Under the pieces are notes generated by a model. That model was not told where the DNA came from. It worked only from the letters and a program-made list of their open reading frames with translations, and did not search any database. 16,955 nt of DNA from Bongovirus bongo (lineage: Duplodnaviria > Heunggongvirae > Uroviricota > Caudoviricetes > Vilmaviridae), in the IMG/VR virus record IMGVR_UViG_2595698371_000001. One strand, given 5' to 3'. Position 1 is the first letter of the stretch. Every line of letters starts with the position of its first letter. The translations under genes and the position numbers were made by a program. Positions 1 through 4,717 of this stretch are shown in pieces.

Positions 1-33
1 ATCAGCCCCTCTCTCCCCGGCAAGTTTGAGTGC

Positions 34-64
34 CAAGTATCCAATTCCAATTTGCTGGTATGAT
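34..64 (+). promoter_or_regulatory. Putative rightward promoter, copy 1 of motif CAAGTA-N9-AATTTGCTGG-TANNNT (extended -10 TGG-TATGAT)
   Basis: CAAGTA at 34-39, AATTTGCTGG at 49-58 and TATGAT at 59-64. The same elements recur with identical spacing at 3990-4020. TGn-TANNNT is the mycobacterial SigA extended -10 pattern. Confidence 0.6.
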
Positions 65-170
65 GGAGGGGGGTTTGGGGGGAGGCCTTTTGAACCCCCA
101 ACTGCTGGTCGAAGCCTTGAGAAGCTTCCCATCTGCGGTTCGGCTCCTGGTTGAGGGGTTTGCTGTATGT

Positions 171-223
171 AAAAAACCCCAGGTCGAGTGCGACAAAACT
201 GCAGGTCGCACCTCCCTGGGGTT
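171..223 (-). terminator. Intrinsic terminator of the leftward accessory genes
   Basis: Compound hairpin: CCCCAGG (177-183) pairs with CCTGGGG (215-221) and GTGCGAC (188-194) with GTCGCAC (205-211). A6 at 171-176 gives a U6 tail on the minus strand. The hairpin begins 13 nt past the stop at 237. Confidence 0.85.
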
Positions 224-236
224 GGCCGGGACGAGG

Positions 237-530
237 TCAGGCTGGCGTGAGCGTCAGGTAGGTCGTCTTCACGTACTTGGTGTTTGGCGTGACGGTCATG
301 TAGCCGGTGGCCCCTTCGCCCTCGATGATCTCGTGGTGAATTGGCATGCCGCAGTTGGCGTCTGCGCATAGCGCGTAGGCCCCTTCCTCCCAGCCGACCA
401 CTTTGTACATGTAGTCGCCGGGGGCGATGTCGGTGCCGACGCGGTACATCGCGGACCTGGCCTCCGCTGCGGGGGCGAGTGCGATGGCGGCGCAGATTGC
501 TGCGATGAGCGCGGTGAGTGTGGTTCTCAT
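237..530 (-). CDS. Small secreted protein (Sec signal peptide, 97 aa)
   Basis: MRTTLTALIAAICAAIALAPAAEA| has a basic N-terminus, hydrophobic core and AxA cleavage site. The mature part starts with YRVGTDIAPGDY, resembling the VGxDIxPGxY motif of actinobacterial secreted proteins, and has a Cys pair (CADANC). Confidence 0.8.
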   Translation of the reverse strand: MRTTLTALIAAICAAIALAPAAEARSAMYRVGTDIAPGDYMYKVVGWEEGAYALCADANCGMPIHHEIIEGEGATGYMTVTPNTKYVKTTYLTLTPA

Positions 531-559
531 GAGCCTTCACAGTAGAGGAGAGGCCGTAC

Positions 560-808
560 ATGGCCGTTTGCAAGGTTGAGGGTTGCGGCCGTCGTGTGAC
601 GGCGCGTGGCTGGTGTAGTACGCACTATCGGTGGTGGCGTCAGGGTAAGCCGATGGATCGGCCGGTGCGGACGTATCAGCGATATGAAGAGGGGCCGGAT
701 GGCAGCTGTGTGATTGCCGCTATCCGACCCCGTCGAAGGCTCGGGCGGGAGCCGTTCGCTAAGGAGCTGTCTCTCCTCCAGGAGCTTGGTCTCCGGAAGG
801 GGGGATGA
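560..808 (+). CDS. Small Cys/His zinc-finger protein (CxxxGC...GxCxxHY), no nuclease domain
   Basis: Strong SD AGAGGAGAGG at 544-553. N-terminal CKVEGCGRRVTARGWCSTHY matches the Zn-binding module often found at the N-terminus of actinophage HNH proteins. Overlaps the convergent gene at 759 by 50 nt. Confidence 0.7.
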   Translation: MAVCKVEGCGRRVTARGWCSTHYRWWRQGKPMDRPVRTYQRYEEGPDGSCVIAAIRPRRRLGREPFAKELSLLQELGLRKGG

Positions 809-1190
809 TCCACTCCGAGCGGACTGCGTTCATCCGCTCGTAGAGATCGAGGACGGCGTCGAGGACTGGGTACGAGTCGCCTGCTTCGTCGGCGGGCCCA
901 GTGACGATGACGGTGCCGTGGAGTGAGTCTCGGCCTTCCATCTCGGGCTGGAGTTTCCACCAGAGGTAGGTTGCCATGGGGTTCGTTGGCAAACCGAGGA
1001 GCTTGCCTTCTTCGTTGCACCAGAGGGTGGCGTGCTCGGTGGTGACCGCCTCGATGTGACCACCGACGAGTTTGCGCATGGCGGGTAAGGCCTGGTCGAT
1101 CACGCGCACTTCGCGCGTGCCTTCTGGCGTGATGATTAACGCGCGTATTGACGGTGCTGTCACGGTTGCACTGTAGCCTGTCGTGGTCAT
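759..1190 (-). CDS. DUF3846-like protein (143 aa)
   Basis: Motifs ALIITPEG, LVGGHIEAV, LWCNEEGKLLGLPTNPMAT and LHGTVIVTG are characteristic of DUF3846. SD AAGGAGG. ATG overlaps the upstream TGA. Confidence 0.8.
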   Translation of the reverse strand: MTTTGYSATVTAPSIRALIITPEGTREVRVIDQALPAMRKLVGGHIEAVTTEHATLWCNEEGKLLGLPTNPMATYLWWKLQPEMEGRDSLHGTVIVTGPADEAGDSYPVLDAVLDLYERMNAVRSEWIIPPSGDQAPGGETAP

Positions 1191-1498
1191 GAAATCCTCC
1201 TTCGTCGTCGTGGGTTGCGCCCAGTCACTTCTATAAGCCTTAGTTCACTCCTCTCGGTTGGAGTTAAGGCCCCGCCACCTTTGAAAAGGTAGCCGTCAGC
1301 GTAGCTGTATCGACTGCCTTTTGTCTCCCCCGTGCGGGAGTGAATCCGCAGGAATCTCTCAGTTGAACACCTAATACAGATGAGGCCCTGGATGTAGGCC
1401 ACGCCCTCCTTCTTAACTGTGGTGTAGTCCCAGGCGTGACCGAAAACACGGCACATCCGGTGTTGCGGCTTAACAACTCGGTCTTCTGTGTCGCTCAT
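1187..1498 (-). CDS. Putative Zn-binding protein (C-x3-GH-x-W ... CxxC; DUF1660-like)
   Basis: CRVFGHAW and CIRC provide four potential metal ligands. Basic C-terminus RRRRR. ATGA overlaps at both ends. Confidence 0.7.
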   Translation of the reverse strand: MSDTEDRVVKPQHRMCRVFGHAWDYTTVKKEGVAYIQGLICIRCSTERFLRIHSRTGETKGSRYSYADGYLFKGGGALTPTERSELRLIEVTGRNPRRRRRIS

Positions 1499-1872
1499 TT
1501 ATGTGCGTTCTTCCAAGCTTCTATGACGGCCGGTTTGATGTACCCACGCTTGGAGACTGTGAAACCGTTTTTGCCCGCCCATTCGCGCACAGCGCGACGC
1601 TCTTCCTTTGTGAGGGCCGTGGTGGGATGGGCCGGTGGCTGCTCGCTTACAGCCGGTGTAACGCTCACCTCTTTCTGCGTCCTCTTTGGCCACTTCTTCT
1701 TCTCGTGAGCAACGCTTAGCCACTTATCGAGTGTGCGCTCTAGCTCATCTGCGTGTTCTTGCGTTAGGTCGATCTCATACAAGAAGCCTCGGTACCCGAT
1801 GACTTCGGTTACCGAGGCTTCTTTGGATGGATCAAGATCATCTGTAGTTAGAACAATGACTTGCCGTGCCAC
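1495..1872 (-). CDS. lsr2: Lsr2-like nucleoid-associated / xenogeneic silencer protein (125 aa)
   Basis: N-terminal oligomerisation domain (VIVLTTDDLD...YEIDL...L...W) and C-terminal DNA-binding domain (AVREWAGKNGFTVSKRGYI..VIEAW) align by eye with mycobacterial Lsr2. GTG start with purine-rich SD GGGAGAAAGGGAAAG. Confidence 0.93.
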   Translation of the reverse strand: MARQVIVLTTDDLDPSKEASVTEVIGYRGFLYEIDLTQEHADELERTLDKWLSVAHEKKKWPKRTQKEVSVTPAVSEQPPAHPTTALTKEERRAVREWAGKNGFTVSKRGYIKPAVIEAWKNAHK

Positions 1873-1882
1873 TTCTTTCCCT

Positions 1883-1928
1883 TTCTCCCTGCGAGGAGAA
1901 CACTATCGAAGTGGGGCTAATTTTCGAT
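1883..1928 (-). promoter_or_regulatory. Putative lsr2 promoter/leader: -10 TAGTGT, inverted repeat and SD-overlapping hairpin
   Basis: Minus-strand TAGTGT at 1905-1900. Inverted repeat ATCGAA-N12-TTCGAT at 1905-1928. Hairpin TTCTCC/GGAGAA at 1883-1900. Lies in the only sizeable gap (1873-1949) of the leftward block. Confidence 0.4.
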
Positions 1929-1949
1929 CACATCAGGTGGGCGAGTTGC

Positions 1950-2135
1950 CTAGTCGGCGTGGTCAATTATCGCCATGAACACGAAGGCGATGAGGGTGAT
2001 GACCGCCCACATGCCCGCTCCTACTGCCAGATTGATGGCTTCTGGTGAGACCGTGGAGGCGAGTATGGATCCGAGGAGGGCCGTAACCCAGTAGGTCGCG
2101 CTCAGCCAGCCTAGGACTTGGGTGAGGGCGCTCAC
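1950..2135 (-). CDS. Small membrane protein with two predicted TM helices (about 61 aa)
   Basis: Two hydrophobic stretches: VLGWLSATYWVTALLGSILA and LAVGAGMWAVITLIAFVFMAII. GTG at 2135 overlaps the upstream TGA (GTGA), so it is preferred over the track start at 2156. Confidence 0.75.
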   Translation of the reverse strand: MSALTQVLGWLSATYWVTALLGSILASTVSPEAINLAVGAGMWAVITLIAFVFMAIIDHAD

Positions 2136-2365
2136 TTGGCGTTGGCCCAGTCGCACGAGGGGCCGCCGTCGCGCCGGGACTGGCGAGTCTCGTACACGCA
2201 GAGCACCTTGCGCCCATCGGGCAGGTCGACGTAGTGCGCGTTGGAAGCGACTCCGAAGTCGGAGCTGTTGGCGGTCCCGCCTGCGGGCGTAGAGCCACAG
2301 GCCACTGTCATAGCCCCTACGGGGATGAGGAAGATCGCAGCCAGCATGGTCTTGAGTTTGGTCAT
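2132..2365 (-). CDS. Putative lipoprotein (77 aa)
   Basis: MTKLKTMLAAIFLIPVGAMTVA|C is a signal peptide with a relaxed lipobox TVAC. The C-terminal LPDGRKVLCV...GGPSCDW carries a Cys pair. SD AGAAAGGGA. Confidence 0.8.
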   Translation of the reverse strand: MTKLKTMLAAIFLIPVGAMTVACGSTPAGGTANSSDFGVASNAHYVDLPDGRKVLCVYETRQSRRDGGPSCDWANAK

Positions 2366-2574
2366 GTGTCCCTTTCTGGCTCTCGGTACCAGTCCCGGTA
2401 GGTCTCCAGGTCGGCCCTGAGCGCGTCCGTTACGTCGTCTATGTCGTTGAGCAGATCCGGCGTGGTCCGGTCCTCGTCCACGAGCTTGGTGACGTGCCCC
2501 CTGACGTAGCCGAGGGTGTTGATGGCCGTTCGGAAGGCTCGCTCAGTGCCTTGCCGGTCGAGCCCGTTACTCAT
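2362..2574 (-). CDS. Hypothetical protein (70 aa, helical/acidic)
   Basis: ATGA overlaps with both neighbours and phage-like codon usage. Confidence 0.75.
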   Translation of the reverse strand: MSNGLDRQGTERAFRTAINTLGYVRGHVTKLVDEDRTTPDLLNDIDDVTDALRADLETYRDWYREPERDT

Positions 2575-2837
2575 TGCTCGCCGTTGGCACTGGCGATCTC
2601 CTCCCAGTGGTCGGCGAACTCCTTGGCTTCCTTGAGGGTGTCGGCCATGTAGATGGTGGCCAGTGGGATGCCTGGCTTGGGCCTGACGAAGAGTCGCCAG
2701 CCGACTGGTGTGAACTCTTCGGTCTTGCGCTTTTGGCGAATGACGTAGAGCACATCGGGGTTACGCGTGGGGGAGGCGTGGTAGACGCTGAAACCTGGGT
2801 TGTCCTTAGAGACGTTGTGCCACTTCAGGTTTCCCAT
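2571..2837 (-). CDS. Hypothetical protein (about 88 aa, MGNLKWH...TLKEAKEFA)
   Basis: ATG at 2837 is preceded by SD AAGGAGAAAG. The longer track start (2933) lies inside the upstream gene. Confidence 0.75.
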   Translation of the reverse strand: MGNLKWHNVSKDNPGFSVYHASPTRNPDVLYVIRQKRKTEEFTPVGWRLFVRPKPGIPLATIYMADTLKEAKEFADHWEEIASANGEQ

Positions 2838-3133
2838 ACTTTCTCCTTGATCCAGGTCTTGATGTCGTCGTCGTGGGCCTGCTTGTTCCACATGTCGTGG
2901 GCGAGGCAGCGGACGGCCGACGCGAATGCCCACTCGTCGGCCATGTCTCGTGCGCTGAAGTAGCGCGAGTCGAGGGGGTAGCTGCCGCGACGCATCACAA
3001 CCATCACGTCGTACTCGCTGCCGGTGTCATGGACTCGCGTAACCTCGAACGAGTAGTTCTCGGGCACTTCGGGCATCCGGTCGTACGGCGACTTGACAAA
3101 CCACGAGCCGGTCTTGCTGGTTGGTTTGCTCAT
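2825..3133 (-). CDS. Hypothetical protein (about 102 aa)
   Basis: ATG at 3133 overlaps the upstream TGA (ATGA). The 3' end overlaps the next gene by 13 nt and contains its SD. Confidence 0.75.
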   Translation of the reverse strand: MSKPTSKTGSWFVKSPYDRMPEVPENYSFEVTRVHDTGSEYDVMVVMRRGSYPLDSRYFSARDMADEWAFASAVRCLAHDMWNKQAHDDDIKTWIKEKVWET

Positions 3134-3417
3134 GCCCACTCCACCGAGACTTCAGGCAGGAGATCGGGCCACATACCGTCTCCCAGGGGCCCTTCGTCGG
3201 GGATGGTGACGGTGAGGATCCGGATATCCCGAACAGGACGGTCTGGTTCGCGTTTCTGCCGGAAGTGGTCACTTCGGTGGCATTCGTCGCGGTAGTTCTC
3301 GGCCGCACCCTTGCGGGTGTAGGCCCGCGTCTTCTCGTGCGTCCACAGGTGGGCCCCAATTGCGGTGCGGGGCTTGCCGTCCCGGTACTCGACTAGGATG
3401 CTGACCTGCTGGCTCAT
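3130..3417 (-). CDS. Hypothetical protein (about 95 aa), paralogue of 3414-3644
   Basis: ATG at 3417 overlaps the upstream TGA. Shares RxYxxxGxAxN[FY]R and D[IV]RILxxTI motifs with its neighbour. Confidence 0.75.
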   Translation of the reverse strand: MSQQVSILVEYRDGKPRTAIGAHLWTHEKTRAYTRKGAAENYRDECHRSDHFRQKREPDRPVRDIRILTVTIPDEGPLGDGMWPDLLPEVSVEWA

Positions 3418-3644
3418 CCGACCCATTCCGTCTCGACGGTGCCGTCGGCGTGGATGGTGGTCCGCAGGATGCGGACATCGTGGGGCATGTTCAAGCGCTT
3501 CAGCTCGTTGGCGAAGCGGGTGCGGAAGTTGCGGGCCATGCCGAGGACGCCGTAGGACCGCACGTCTCGCTGCCGGTAGCTGCTGCCGAGTGCGAGGCTG
3601 GGCTCTGGGGTGAAGTTGACCAGGGTGTGCATCTTGACGGCCAT
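3414..3644 (-). CDS. Hypothetical protein (about 76 aa), paralogue of 3130-3417
   Basis: ATG at 3644 in a TGATG overlap, with SD GAAGGAAGG upstream. Shares motifs with its neighbour. Confidence 0.75.
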   Translation of the reverse strand: MAVKMHTLVNFTPEPSLALGSSYRQRDVRSYGVLGMARNFRTRFANELKRLNMPHDVRILRTTIHADGTVETEWVG

Positions 3645-3943
3645 CAGGCACCTTCCTTCACTTCGCCGCGCGACTTCAGTTGTTGCGCGATGGGATTCAG
3701 GACGAGATCCTTGTAGTCCTTCTTGGCCATCAGGTACCGGATCGCCTTCTTGCCGGTGGGGAACCACTGGATCTCGTCGGACTCGATGTCCGTCCTTGGC
3801 GGCAACACGAACCAGGACATACCCTCTGGCGGCTTCACGCCTTCGGTCTGCTTGCCTGGCTCCCACTTGGCGCACAGCCAGTGATCCCACGCGGCCCTGA
3901 ACCTTCCAGGGGTGCCCGGTGGGGCGGTGTTGGTTGCGGTCAT
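3644..3943 (-). CDS. Hypothetical protein (99 aa), first gene of the leftward operon
   Basis: ORF heads the coupled chain. No SD; possibly leaderless. Confidence 0.75.
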   Translation of the reverse strand: MTATNTAPPGTPGRFRAAWDHWLCAKWEPGKQTEGVKPPEGMSWFVLPPRTDIESDEIQWFPTGKKAIRYLMAKKDYKDLVLNPIAQQLKSRGEVKEGA

Positions 3944-3950
3944 GGCGGCA

Positions 3951-3956
3951 ACTTTA
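3951..3956 (-). promoter_or_regulatory. Putative -10 (TAAAGT) of a leaderless leftward promoter
   Basis: TANNNT hexamer 7 nt upstream of the ATG at 3943, with no SD in between. No convincing -35. Confidence 0.5.
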
Positions 3957-3989
3957 TGACGGCCGTAGGGGTGATTACAGGACGTTTAT

Positions 3990-4020
3990 CAAGTACGTCT
4001 AATGAATTTGCTGGTAAACT
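3990..4020 (+). promoter_or_regulatory. Putative promoter of the virion operon, copy 2 of motif CAAGTA-N9-AATTTGCTGG-TANNNT (TGG-TAAACT)
   Basis: CAAGTA at 3990-3995, AATTTGCTGG at 4005-4014 and TAAACT at 4015-4020, followed by SD AGGAGGT (4027-4033) and TTG at 4041. Confidence 0.7.
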
Positions 4021-4040
4021 AGGGGCAGGAGGTACCTCTC

Positions 4041-4364
4041 TTGATCACGCCATCGATCAACTGGGCACGCCTTGAGAATTGCCCCCCAATCTGGGAGACG
4101 CTCTCACTTGAGGACGTTCAGAAGATGTTGCAGGTGGACGTTCAAGAGCTAGCCCATCTGTATCAGATACAGGCCGAGGACGCGGCCGAAGCTCAGGCAG
4201 CCGGTCGGCAGCCGAACTATCGGATTCGCATCCTCATTCGAGCCTGGGAGCGCACACAGGACGCGCATTGGTCCTGGTACAAGGAGATCAGCAACCATGT
4301 CCGCAATTCAGCCACCCGAGGGCCTTCGCGCCTGGGGGCAGCAGCTGTGGGACAAGGTAACTGA
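4041..4364 (+). CDS. Hypothetical protein (107 aa), first gene of the rightward operon
   Basis: Consensus SD AGGAGGT 7 nt before TTG. Overlaps terS by 68 nt. Confidence 0.7.
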   Translation: MITPSINWARLENCPPIWETLSLEDVQKMLQVDVQELAHLYQIQAEDAAEAQAAGRQPNYRIRILIRAWERTQDAHWSWYKEISNHVRNSATRGPSRLGAAAVGQGN

Positions 4365-4692
4365 GACCACCTCGTTTGACCCGGCTGGGTATTACATCCT
4401 GGCCGAAGCCTGCCGCACGGCAGACATCATTGAGCGTCTCAGCGGCGCTCTGCGGGCTGGAAGCTCCCAGTGGGTGAGCCTGTCAGACGAAATCGTTGAG
4501 GCAGTTCAGATTTCAGGCGTTGACGTTGCCGAGATCAATCTCGTCGTCAACCCGATCCTGGGTGAGATCCGCCAGCAGCGGCTCACCCTTCGCCAGCTTC
4601 TGGCACAACTCAAACTCGGTAAGACCGAGGCAGAAACGGTAGAGGACGACCCCATCGCGAAGTTGATGGCCGAGTTCTCCACTCCGGATTGA
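4297..4692 (+). CDS. terS: Terminase small subunit
   Basis: Actinophage TerS pattern: PPEGL..WG..LW..VT, LAEACRTAD, NPILGEIRQQR.TLRQLL.QLKL. SD AAGGAG. Immediately upstream of TerL. Confidence 0.85.
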   Translation: MSAIQPPEGLRAWGQQLWDKVTETTSFDPAGYYILAEACRTADIIERLSGALRAGSSQWVSLSDEIVEAVQISGVDVAEINLVVNPILGEIRQQRLTLRQLLAQLKLGKTEAETVEDDPIAKLMAEFSTPD

Positions 4693-4717
4693 TTTTTCAG
4701 TTAGGACGGTTGGGCCC

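Noticed and set aside
30-371. 113-aa plus-strand ORF at the left edge
   Set aside because: Starts inside the promoter motif, has no SD, crosses the terminator hairpin and runs antisense into the secreted-protein gene. The translation is not protein-like.
560-808. Full HNH homing endonuclease / mobile element
   Set aside because: No H-N-H catalytic motif, and too short. Only the Zn-finger module is present.
1873-2848. AGAAAGGGA / GGAGAAAG before three leftward starts as a special start-associated repeat
   Set aside because: Only three short purine-rich copies, adequately explained as ordinary SD sequences. A genome-wide scan would be needed.
3130-3890. Long track versions of ORFs 3130-3651, 3414-3890, 2571-2933, 9005-9808 and 13749-14138
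   Set aside because: The upstream extensions overlap neighbouring genes extensively. Internal starts have SDs or stop/start overlaps and were used instead.
2825-3943. Shared SWFV tetrapeptide in 2825-3133 and 3644-3943 as paralogy
   Set aside because: Similarity does not extend beyond a few residues and is likely chance.
3987-3992. Minus-strand TTGATA as a -35 for the leftward operon
   Set aside because: No TANNNT lies 16-19 nt downstream, and it is too far from TAAAGT at 3956-3951.
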